This document shows positions 42,459-50,777 of a DNA stretch of 64,000 nucleotides, one piece after another. Position numbers and translations under genes: made by a program. The notes below the pieces were generated by a model that did no database searches, was not told the DNA's origin, and was given only the letters and a program-made list of their open reading frames with translations. The stretch spans positions 44,260 through 108,259 of the forward strand of contig QEVF01000011.1 in the NCBI GenBank assembly GCA_003576915.1, given 5' to 3'. Within the stretch, counting starts at the first letter, position 1. The number at the start of each line of letters is the position of its first letter. This stretch comes from Planctomycetota bacterium (GTDB lineage Bacteria > Planctomycetota > UBA8742 > UBA2392).

Positions 42459-45400
42459 GCAAATGACGAACGCGCCGACTACCGCTCGAAGACCGTTGCT
42501 GGGCCTGCTGATCGCCCAGTTCTTCGGCGCGTTCAACGACAACGCCTGGAAGATGGTCGTCATTCTGCTCGGCATGCGCGCGGTCGAGCAATCCCTGGGA
42601 CCCGGCGCCGAACTTGACGCCGCCGCCCAGAAGCAGGCCATGCTGGCCCTGGTCACCCTGACCGTGCCCCTGATGCTGTTTTCGCTGCCTGCGGGCGCCC
42701 TGGCCGATCGCTGCTCAAAGCGCAGCGTCATCATCGCCATGAAAGTCCTGGAGCTGGTCTTGATGGGCGCAGCCACGCTGGTGCTGCTTCAGCCCGGGGC
42801 TTCCAGCGTGCCCGGCCTGCTGGTGCTGGCGCTGATGGGCCTGCAGAGCGCGCTGTTCAGCCCGGCGAAGTACGGGATTCTGCCCGAAATCCTGCCCCAC
42901 GAGCGGCTTTCCAGCGGCAACGGCCTGCTCGAAATGCTGACCATGGTCGCCATCATCGCGGGCACGGCTTTGGGCCCCGTGCTGCTCAAGCAGGCGCCCG
43001 AGCCCTGGGTCGTCGGCGCCGTCCTGACCTCCCTTTCGGTGCTGGGATTGGCGGCCTCCTTTGCCATTCCCAAAGTCCAGCCTGCCAGCGCCGGCGGCGG
43101 CATGGTGGACACCCTGCGCGGCGCTTTGAAGGCCATCCGTGGTGAGCGCATCCTGTGGCTGACTGTCATCGGCGGCGCCATTTACTGGGCTCTGGCAAGC
43201 CTCGTCGGACAGAACGTGATCGTCTATGCCAAGACGGTGCTGCGGCTGGACGAGCAGTTTGTGGGCGCGCCCCTGGCGGTGCTGGGCGTGGGAATCGGCC
43301 TGGGCGCGGTCCTCGCCGGGCGCATGTCGGCGCGCAAAGTTGAGTACGGCCTGATCCCCCTGGGTGCCATCGGCCTCGGACTCACAACCCTGGCCTTCGG
43401 GCTGATCCGCCCCGGCGTGGCGCTTTCGCACGTTTTCATGGCCGTGACCGGCCTGTGCGGCGGCTTGCTCGTCGTCCCGCTCAAAACGCTGCTCCAGTGG
43501 TATTCCCCCGCGGACAAGCGCGGCGGCGTCATCGCGCTGGACAACGTGCTGTCCTTCGCCGGCGTGCTTGCAGGAAGCATCACCGGCTACTTTCTGGCGG
43601 CAGCCGAGGTTTCGCCTTCGGGCATCATGATCAGCGCCGCGGCCCTGATGCTGGCGGGAACGCTCTGGACCTTCTACCTGCTGCCCGACGCCCTGCTGCG
43701 GCTGGTGCTGGTGGTGGCGACCAACACGATCTACCGCATCAAGCGCGTGGGACTGGAAAACGTGCCCCGTCAGGGCGGGGCGCTGATTGTGTGCAACCAC
43801 CTCTCGCTTCTGGATGGCCTGTTCATCATGGTCAGCGTGGACCGCCCGGTGCGCTTCATCGTGGATTCGGGCTACTTCCATAACCGCTGGCTCAAGCCCT
43901 TCATGAAGGTCCTGGGCGCCATCCCCATTTCGACGAGCGAGGGACCCAAGGTCCTCATGCGCGCCCTCAAGGACGCTGGCGATTACCTTGACCGCGGCGA
44001 ACTCGTCTGCATCTTCGCCGAAGGTCAGATCTCGCGCATCGGCATGCTGCTGCCCTTCAAGCGCGGCCTTGAACGCATCCTCAAGGGACGCAGCACTCCC
44101 GTCATTCCCTGCTGTCTGGACCGCATCTGGGGCAGCATTTTCAGCCAGGCTGCGGGGCGGGGCACCGCCCACGTTCCCCGCCGCCTGCCCTATGCCGTCA
44201 CCCTGCTCTTTGGCAAACCCCTGCCGGCCGGCACGCCTTCGGGCGAGATCCGCCGCGTGGTCAGCGAGCTGATTGAGGCAGCCTGGGACGAGCGCAAGGC
44301 CTCCTCGCGCCCCCTGGCCGAATCCCTGATCCGCATCGCCCGCCGACACCCCTTCAAGCTGGCCATGGCCGACCCCATGCGCGAGGGCGTAAGCTGGATC
44401 AAGGCCCTCACGGGCGGCATCGCCCTCGCCCGCGCCCTGCGGCCCAGTTGGGCCAGCCAGCAGCGCGTGGGCATCCTGCTGCCGACGAGCGTGGGCGGAG
44501 CCCTCACGAACTATGCCGCGTCTTTGTCGGGCCGTGTGACCGTGAATCTGAATTACACGGTGGGCCGCTCCGGCCTGGAAAGCGCCATCAGCCAGGCAGG
44601 TATCGAGACCATCGTGACCAGCAAGCAGTTCGTCGCCAAGGCCAGGCTGGAGCTGCCCGGCAACGTGCAGGTGCTGCACCTCGAGGAAATCGCTGCCGGC
44701 ATTACGACGCTCAAGCGGCTCTTCTGCCTTGCCGTGGCCTTTCTGGCCCCCATCTGGCTGCTGCGCCGACTGTGCGGCTGCCGTCGCACCGAAAGGCCCG
44801 ACGACGAAAGCGCCATCATCTTTTCCAGCGGCAGCACAGCCGAGCCCAAGGGCGTAGTCCTTACCCACTACAACGTGCTGAGCAACGTGGAGGCCGCGGG
44901 GCAGGTGCTGCACTTTGCGCCGCGCGACCGCGTACTGGGAATCCTTCCCTACTTTCATTCCTTTGGCAACCTTCTGCTCTGGGCGGCCACGCATCACGGC
45001 TGCGCCATGATCTGGGTTCCCAACCCGCTGGACGGTCCCGTTGTCGGCTACATGGTCGAGAAGTACGCGGCGACCATTGCGGCCTGCACGCCCACCTTCC
45101 TTCAGATCTACATGAAGCGCACCAGTCCCTCCCAGCTGGGCAGCCTGAGGCTGCTCATCACCGGGGCGGAAAAGCTTCCGCCCCGGCTGGCCGAGGCCTT
45201 TGAAGAGCACTTCGGCATCAAGCCCCTGGAGGGCTACGGCATTACGGAGTGCGCGCCCGTCATCTCCGTCAATACGCAGGACTTCCGCGCCGCGGGCTTC
45301 TACCAGAAGGGATCGCGCAAGGGCTCCGTGGGCCCGCCCCTGCCCGGCATCAAGGTCAAGACGGTTGATCCCGACACCCTGGCCGACCTGCCGCCGGGCG

Positions 45401-45933
45401 AGCCCGGCATGCTGCTGGTCAAGGGTCCCAATGTCATGACCGGCTACCTCAACCGGCCCGACCTCACGGCCAAGGCCTTCCACGAAGGCTGGTACGTCAC
45501 GGGAGACATCGCCCGCATCGATGAAGACGGCTTCATCTACATTACGGGGCGCCTGTCGCGTTTCTCCAAGATCGGCGGAGAAATGGTGCCCCACGGCAAG
45601 GTCGAAGACGCCCTGTGCGAGGCGGCGGGCATGGATGAGCGCGTCTTTGCCGTCACAGGCGTACCGGATGAAAAGAAGGGCGAGAAACTCGCCGTGCTGC
45701 ACACCCTCGACCCCGCGCGCATTCCCGCCATCATCGACGAGATGACTCGAAAGGGGCTGCCCAACCTGTTCATTCCCAAGGCCAACCTCTTCATCAAAGT
45801 CGAAAGCCTGCCCATGCTGGGCAGCGGCAAACTGGACCTGCGGGCTCTGAAAAAAATCGCTGAAGAAGCCCTGACCTCCCGATCCCAGCCAGAGCCCGTC
45901 GAAGAGCCCGATGCCCAGCCCACAGAGGCTTGA
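42457..45933 (+). CDS. Triple fusion: MFS lysophospholipid transporter (LplT-like) + PlsC acyltransferase + acyl-ACP synthetase (Aas-like)
   Basis: N-terminal MFS (IAQFFGAFNDNAWKMVV, about 12 TM). Acyltransferase HX4D (VCNHLSLLDG) and ..IFAEGQISR... AMP-binding IFSSGSTAEPKGV, ..YGITE.., ..GWYVTGDI... Start 42457 or 42463. Confidence 0.85.
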   Translation: MQMTNAPTTARRPLLGLLIAQFFGAFNDNAWKMVVILLGMRAVEQSLGPGAELDAAAQKQAMLALVTLTVPLMLFSLPAGALADRCSKRSVIIAMKVLELVLMGAATLVLLQPGASSVPGLLVLALMGLQSALFSPAKYGILPEILPHERLSSGNGLLEMLTMVAIIAGTALGPVLLKQAPEPWVVGAVLTSLSVLGLAASFAIPKVQPASAGGGMVDTLRGALKAIRGERILWLTVIGGAIYWALASLVGQNVIVYAKTVLRLDEQFVGAPLAVLGVGIGLGAVLAGRMSARKVEYGLIPLGAIGLGLTTLAFGLIRPGVALSHVFMAVTGLCGGLLVVPLKTLLQWYSPADKRGGVIALDNVLSFAGVLAGSITGYFLAAAEVSPSGIMISAAALMLAGTLWTFYLLPDALLRLVLVVATNTIYRIKRVGLENVPRQGGALIVCNHLSLLDGLFIMVSVDRPVRFIVDSGYFHNRWLKPFMKVLGAIPISTSEGPKVLMRALKDAGDYLDRGELVCIFAEGQISRIGMLLPFKRGLERILKGRSTPVIPCCLDRIWGSIFSQAAGRGTAHVPRRLPYAVTLLFGKPLPAGTPSGEIRRVVSELIEAAWDERKASSRPLAESLIRIARRHPFKLAMADPMREGVSWIKALTGGIALARALRPSWASQQRVGILLPTSVGGALTNYAASLSGRVTVNLNYTVGRSGLESAISQAGIETIVTSKQFVAKARLELPGNVQVLHLEEIAAGITTLKRLFCLAVAFLAPIWLLRRLCGCRRTERPDDESAIIFSSGSTAEPKGVVLTHYNVLSNVEAAGQVLHFAPRDRVLGILPYFHSFGNLLLWAATHHGCAMIWVPNPLDGPVVGYMVEKYAATIAACTPTFLQIYMKRTSPSQLGSLRLLITGAEKLPPRLAEAFEEHFGIKPLEGYGITECAPVISVNTQDFRAAGFYQKGSRKGSVGPPLPGIKVKTVDPDTLADLPPGEPGMLLVKGPNVMTGYLNRPDLTAKAFHEGWYVTGDIARIDEDGFIYITGRLSRFSKIGGEMVPHGKVEDALCEAAGMDERVFAVTGVPDEKKGEKLAVLHTLDPARIPAIIDEMTRKGLPNLFIPKANLFIKVESLPMLGSGKLDLRALKKIAEEALTSRSQPEPVEEPDAQPTEA

Positions 45934-46197
45934 GGCCCCCTGTCATCCTTTTGACTCTTTCCTGTCGCTGCCTTCGGCGCCTGCCGCTATCCTTTGTTTC
46001 GTTCATGAAATCACATGCCGCACGGTCCGGGGCCGTCGTGCGAACTGGCGGGCGGCTTGCGCGTTCTGTTTCGCGCCGCCGGAATTTCGTGTAACGCGGG
46101 GCAGGTCATTGCCGTAGTCACCTTCCTTGGGCCAACGAGGCCGGGGGGTGCCTGCCGCACTTGAGGCAAGAGTCAACTGACTGAGGGGTACACTTCC

Positions 46198-46941
46198 ATG
46201 CGCAATCTTCTGGTACTTTCGCTGGCTTTGAACATCTTCTTCCTGGGCGGCCTGGGCCTGGCGTTTGGCTTCCCCGGCACTCGCGCCACGCAGGCACAGA
46301 CGGCCGACGAGGGCAAGCCGGCGCTGCCTTCAAAGGAGAAGCAGACGTCGGAGTTCAGCCCTGAGCAGCTCGTGCGCCTGGCCGGCGACCTGGCCTGCTG
46401 GGGACGCGACAACAAGCATGCCGGCGCTCTGGCCGTAGCCTCGAGCATTCTGTCCTCGGTCAAGGTCAAGGAATCCAAGGCCCTGGAGAAGAAGTTCAGC
46501 GCCGAGGGTGAAGGCAGCGCCATCACGGCGGACTCCCTGCTCACCGAGGCCAAGAAAATGGCGGGCGAGGGTGGCTCTCCGTTCATGGAGGCCATTGCCA
46601 GGCTCGGCATGCAGGGCCGCGGTTCCACCAAGGGCGTTTTGCAGGCCCGGGGCACGATTGCCGCGGCAGGCAAGAACGAGAAGGGTGAGGCCCAGGTCGG
46701 TGCGGTCGTGGAGAAGATGACCTTCACCGTGGGCGAGCTGGCCGCCATCTGGGTGGGCGGAGACGGCACCACGGACCTCGACCTCTTCATCTTCGACTCC
46801 ACGGGCAAGGTGCTGATCGCCAGCGACACCCGCCCCGGCGACTCCTGCTGGGTGGAGTGGGTCCCGACGGAGTCAACCTACTACATCCAGATCGTGAACT
46901 GGGGTCCCAAGAAGAACACTTTCACCATTGTCCTGAACTAG
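46198..46941 (+). CDS. Secreted protein with C-terminal PPC-like beta-sandwich domain (hypothetical)
   Basis: Signal/anchor MRNLLVLSLALNIFFLGGLGLAFG. C-terminus ..AAIWVGGDGTTDLDLFIFDSTGKVLIASD..YYIQIVNWGPKKNTFTIVLN resembles the PPC-domain pattern (D.DL.v.D..G......Y.i.V). Confidence 0.6.
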   Translation: MRNLLVLSLALNIFFLGGLGLAFGFPGTRATQAQTADEGKPALPSKEKQTSEFSPEQLVRLAGDLACWGRDNKHAGALAVASSILSSVKVKESKALEKKFSAEGEGSAITADSLLTEAKKMAGEGGSPFMEAIARLGMQGRGSTKGVLQARGTIAAAGKNEKGEAQVGAVVEKMTFTVGELAAIWVGGDGTTDLDLFIFDSTGKVLIASDTRPGDSCWVEWVPTESTYYIQIVNWGPKKNTFTIVLN

Positions 46942-47041
46942 TCCCGCACGGGGGAGGGTTTTCCCTCCCCCGCTTCTTTCACGATCGCCCTGCCCTGCCG
47001 CGCGCGGGGCAGAGCCTTTGAGTCAACCCCGCGAGGATTCC

Positions 47042-49495
47042 ATGAGTTACGGCAAAGCCGCCCTGATGTTTCTGGTGGCCACCGCGCTTGCCGCGGTGGC
47101 GTTGCAGGCCCCGAGCCAGGCATCCGTCGCCGAACCGGCCCAAGCCACGGTGCCGGGCCTGCGCCAGGACCGGCCAAAGGCTCGCCTGCCCCAGTTGCTC
47201 GAAGGCGAGCAGGAAGCCTGGGCGCCCGAGAAACCGCTGGACCTCAGCGGGCCCATGCCCAAGGACGAAGATGTCGCGGCCGCCATTTCCAAGGGCATCG
47301 AGCACCTGCTCAACAGCCAGGAAGAAGACGGCTCCTGGAACGAGCTGCTCATGGGCACCATGCTCTCGTTCGTGGCGGACTACGCGCTCGATGCCGTGTC
47401 CCTCACTTCGCTGTGCGGCATGGCGCTGCGCGCCCACATCAACTACGACAAGGCGCGCATCGAGGCAGCCCTGACCAAGGCCGTCGATTTCGTCATGGGG
47501 CAGGTGTTCCGCGGCAAACTCCCGCTGCGCACCTGGTATGCCAACTGGCGCTACACCACGGGCCTGCAGTTCCTCGCGCTGGAATACCAGAATACCCCCG
47601 ACGCCGACCGCAAAGCCACCCTGCAGGCCTGCGCGCGGCGCATGGCCGGCAGCCTGCTCAAGATCCAGTTGACCAACGGCGAAACGCCGCTGCTTGAACG
47701 CGCCAATGCCGCGCGCATGAGCGAGGCGGCAGCCGCCTATAAACTGCGCGGGCAGCTCGGCCTGGTGCTGCAACTCCCCACGGATGGCGACTATCGCGGC
47801 GGCGCGCTGGTCAAGGATATGCAGATCAACAGCCCCTCCCACCTCGCGGGAGTCAAGGCCGGCGACCGCATCATCGAGTGCGAGGGCCTGCGCATCGAAA
47901 ATGCCGTCGATTACTACCTGCTGGAAACAAGTTTCTTCTGCGGTCAGTCGGTGGCGCTCAAGGTCAAACGCGACAACAAGGTGGAAAGCATCACCTGCAA
48001 CATCCCCCTGGCCTGGGCCGCCTACCTGGGCATGGAAGTGGGCGGCAACAAGGGCGACAAGCCCGAGATCACCCGCTTCTTTGATCTCTCGCCGGCCAAG
48101 GCCGCGGGCTGCGCCATCGGCGACATCGTCACGGAGCTGGGCGGGGCCGCCATTGCCACCCCGCAGGACTACTACAACCAGCTCTACAAGCTCAAGATCG
48201 GAGAGAAGGTCAAGATCGTCCTCAAGCGCGGCGAGCAGACGCTCTCCGGCGAATTGATGGCGACGCTGGCGCCTGACGGCGATCTGGGCATTTACGTCGC
48301 CAACGAAGACGTCAGCAGCGATGAAGGCATCCTCGTCGGCGCCTCCATGGTGCGCCCCGCCCACGGCCCCGTCGTTCCCGGCCCCGGCGGCGCGGCTCTG
48401 GGCATGAAGCCCGGGGACCGCCTGACCCACGTCAACTGGATCCCCGTATCCTCGGCGGATCAATTGGCGGGCCTGGAGGCCACCATTCCCGCCGGCATTC
48501 AGGTGCGCGTGCACTACACGCGCAGCGGGCAGAAGTTCGAGGGCTTTGTGGTGGCCCGCGCCAAACTCTCACCCGGATCCCTGGGCGTGGTGCTGGACGT
48601 CGTCAACGCGGCCGACCCGCCCCGCATCAAGTCTCTGCTAGCCCAGGGCCCCGGCGCCAACGGCGGCCTGCAGCCCGGCGACGAAATCGTCTCCATCGCC
48701 GGCATCAACACCCCCACCCACATGTTCTTCTGGCGTGTCATGGCCAAGTTCTACGCCGGCGAGACCGTGGAAGTGCAGATCAAGCGCGGCGGCAAATTGC
48801 TCAAGGGCAACTTCACGCTCTGGAAGGCCGACAAGTCCTTCAGTGATGTCGAAGAGGGCGGCTGGGCCTACTACCCTGAACTGGGCGAGGCCACAAGCTT
48901 CGGCACATCCGCGGCCCTGCTTGCGCTGTATGAGGCTTCTTCCGTGTTTGGCATCAAGGTGCCGGCCCAGTCCATCAAGGCAGGCGAGAACATGGTCAAC
49001 GCCATGCGCTGCCTGGACCCCAACATCGCCGGGCTGGAAACCTACGCCTACCGCCGCGGAACGCTCGAGAAAGTTCCCGGCCTGCAGGGCTACGTTCAGG
49101 ACGTGCGCGGCTGCCTGGGCCGCAACGCCATCTGCGAACTGGCCATGTTCAAGGCCAAGCGCCGCACGCAGCAGCACCTGGAGAAGACCCTCCAGGCCTG
49201 GGTGGACCTGCGCGGCGAACTCGACCGCGTGCGCAGCTTTCCCCTGACCCACCTGCAGGAGCTCTACAACAACGCGGCCTACTACTGGGTGTTTGGCCAC
49301 TATTACGCCGTCAAAGCCGCCCGCGAGGCCGGCGGCAAGATCTACGACAAGGTCAATGAAGTCGTGGTCAAGGCGCTGCTGCTCAAGCGCGAGAAGGACG
49401 GCACCTGGCTCAACCACGAGAGCTTCGGCAAGTGCTGCGGCACGGCACTGGCACTGCTGGCCTTCGGAGAAACCAAGGGCGCCTGGCGCAAGTAG
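47042..49495 (+). CDS. Secreted QW-repeat toroid protein interrupted by four PDZ domains
   Basis: Signal peptide MSYGKAALMFLVATALAAVALQA. N-terminal NSQEEDGSWNE. Four PDZ-like units (GVKAGDRIIECEG, GCAIGDIVTELGG, GMKPGDRLTHVNW, GLQPGDEIVSIAG). C-terminal ..LLKREKDGTWLN... Confidence 0.8.
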   Translation: MSYGKAALMFLVATALAAVALQAPSQASVAEPAQATVPGLRQDRPKARLPQLLEGEQEAWAPEKPLDLSGPMPKDEDVAAAISKGIEHLLNSQEEDGSWNELLMGTMLSFVADYALDAVSLTSLCGMALRAHINYDKARIEAALTKAVDFVMGQVFRGKLPLRTWYANWRYTTGLQFLALEYQNTPDADRKATLQACARRMAGSLLKIQLTNGETPLLERANAARMSEAAAAYKLRGQLGLVLQLPTDGDYRGGALVKDMQINSPSHLAGVKAGDRIIECEGLRIENAVDYYLLETSFFCGQSVALKVKRDNKVESITCNIPLAWAAYLGMEVGGNKGDKPEITRFFDLSPAKAAGCAIGDIVTELGGAAIATPQDYYNQLYKLKIGEKVKIVLKRGEQTLSGELMATLAPDGDLGIYVANEDVSSDEGILVGASMVRPAHGPVVPGPGGAALGMKPGDRLTHVNWIPVSSADQLAGLEATIPAGIQVRVHYTRSGQKFEGFVVARAKLSPGSLGVVLDVVNAADPPRIKSLLAQGPGANGGLQPGDEIVSIAGINTPTHMFFWRVMAKFYAGETVEVQIKRGGKLLKGNFTLWKADKSFSDVEEGGWAYYPELGEATSFGTSAALLALYEASSVFGIKVPAQSIKAGENMVNAMRCLDPNIAGLETYAYRRGTLEKVPGLQGYVQDVRGCLGRNAICELAMFKAKRRTQQHLEKTLQAWVDLRGELDRVRSFPLTHLQELYNNAAYYWVFGHYYAVKAAREAGGKIYDKVNEVVVKALLLKREKDGTWLNHESFGKCCGTALALLAFGETKGAWRK

Positions 49496-49512
49496 AAGAA
49501 ACGTTACAAGGC

Positions 49513-49546
49513 AAGGGGCAGCCCGCGGGCTGCCCCTTTTTGTTTG
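49513..49546 (+). terminator. Rho-independent terminator after the PDZ-toroid gene
   Basis: aaggggcagccc-gcg-ggctgcccctt followed by tttgtttg. Confidence 0.85.
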
Positions 49547-49553
49547 CTGCGCG

Positions 49554-50777
49554 TCAGCCCTTGACGCACACGACCTGCCGCAAGCTGTGAAGGACTTCCA
49601 CGAGGTCGCGCTGGGCCTCCATCACGGCGTCGATGGGCTTGTAGGCGCCGGGCGTTTCGTCGATCACGTCGGCGTCCTTGCGGCACTCGATGCCCGCCGT
49701 GGCTGCCTCGTGATCGGCGAGGCTGAAGCGCCGCCTGGCCTCGCCGCGCGACATGGCGCGTCCCGCGCCGTGAGAGCAACTGTGAAAGCTCTCGGCGTTG
49801 CCCAGGCCGCGGACGATGTAACTCTTCGCGCCCATGGAGCCGGGAATGATGCCCAGGTCGCCCGGGCCCGCGCGCACGGCGCCTTTGCGCGTAACCAGAA
49901 TCTCCTGGCCGTAGTGCACTTCACGGGCGACGTAATTGTGGTGGCAGTTCACGGCCACCAGGTCGGCGTCAAAGGGTTTGATCCGGGGCACGCGGCTCAC
50001 CGCGCGGATCACGGCGTCCATCATCAGGCGGCGGTTGAGCATGGCGTAGTTCTGGGCCCATTCGACGGCCTCGACGTAATCGGCGAAATGCTCGCTGCCC
50101 TCTTCGAGGTAGGCGAGATCTTCGTCGGCCAGGTTCTTCACGTGGCCGCGCATATCTTTCTTGGCCAGCTCGATGAAGAACGTTCCGATGCGGTTGCCCA
50201 CTCCGCGCGAACCCGAGTGAAGCATGAACCACACGTGCTGCGCTTCGTCGAGGCAGACCTCAATGAAGTGGTTGCCCGTGCCCAGGGTGCCGAGGTGGGC
50301 CACCGGGTGCGCGTTGCGCTGGATGTGCGGATACTTGCCGACAATGCGGCCATAACCCGGCTCGAGGGCCTTGAATGCATCGGCGTAGGTTTCGGGCGGG
50401 CTCTGCCAGGCGCCGCGGTCGTTGCGGCCACCGCTGTCGGTACGACCGTGGGGTACGGCCTTCTCAATGGCGGTGCGGACCCCATGCAGGTCGTCGGGCA
50501 GGTCGCTCGCCTGCAGCGTCGTGCGAACGGCGCACATGCCGCAGCCGATGTCAACGCCCACGGCCGCGGGCACAATGGCGCCCCGGGTGGGCACAACGGA
50601 GCCGACGGTGGCGCCCAGGCCCCAGTGAACGTCGGGCATGGCGGCCACCCACTTGTAAATGAAGGGCAGGCGCGCCGTGTTGATGAGCTGGGCACGCGCT
50701 TCGTCTTCGAGTTTGACGCCGTGGACCCAGGCCTTGATCGGCGCGGCATCCTTGGCGGTGATGAGTTCGTAGTTCAT
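49554..50777 (-). CDS. rtcB: RNA 3'-phosphate/2',3'-cyclic phosphate--5'-OH ligase RtcB
   Basis: Alignable over its full length (from memory) with E. coli RtcB: MNYEL..PDVHWGLGATVGSV..GVDIGCGM..GTLGTGNHFIE..HSGSRG..NCHHNY..IPGSMG..SCSHGAGR..RQVVCVKG. 407 aa. Confidence 0.95.
   Translation of the reverse strand: MNYELITAKDAAPIKAWVHGVKLEDEARAQLINTARLPFIYKWVAAMPDVHWGLGATVGSVVPTRGAIVPAAVGVDIGCGMCAVRTTLQASDLPDDLHGVRTAIEKAVPHGRTDSGGRNDRGAWQSPPETYADAFKALEPGYGRIVGKYPHIQRNAHPVAHLGTLGTGNHFIEVCLDEAQHVWFMLHSGSRGVGNRIGTFFIELAKKDMRGHVKNLADEDLAYLEEGSEHFADYVEAVEWAQNYAMLNRRLMMDAVIRAVSRVPRIKPFDADLVAVNCHHNYVAREVHYGQEILVTRKGAVRAGPGDLGIIPGSMGAKSYIVRGLGNAESFHSCSHGAGRAMSRGEARRRFSLADHEAATAGIECRKDADVIDETPGAYKPIDAVMEAQRDLVEVLHSLRQVVCVKG

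Noticed and set aside
42715-45702. Very long antisense 'shadow' ORFs opposite real genes. Examples: 42715..45702(-), 3131..4987(-), 5177..6517(+), 9615..10889(+), 14486..16117(+), 16493..17923(+), 19171..21747(+), 26031..27563(+), 28427..30124(-), 30292..32091(+), 46979..48514(-), 49293..50876(+), 52548..54731(+), 57944..59275(-).
   Set aside because: Each overlaps, on the opposite strand, a gene with clear family motifs. Their translations are Arg/Ala/Gly/His-rich low-complexity strings with no recognisable motifs. Long stop-free antisense frames are expected in high-GC DNA.
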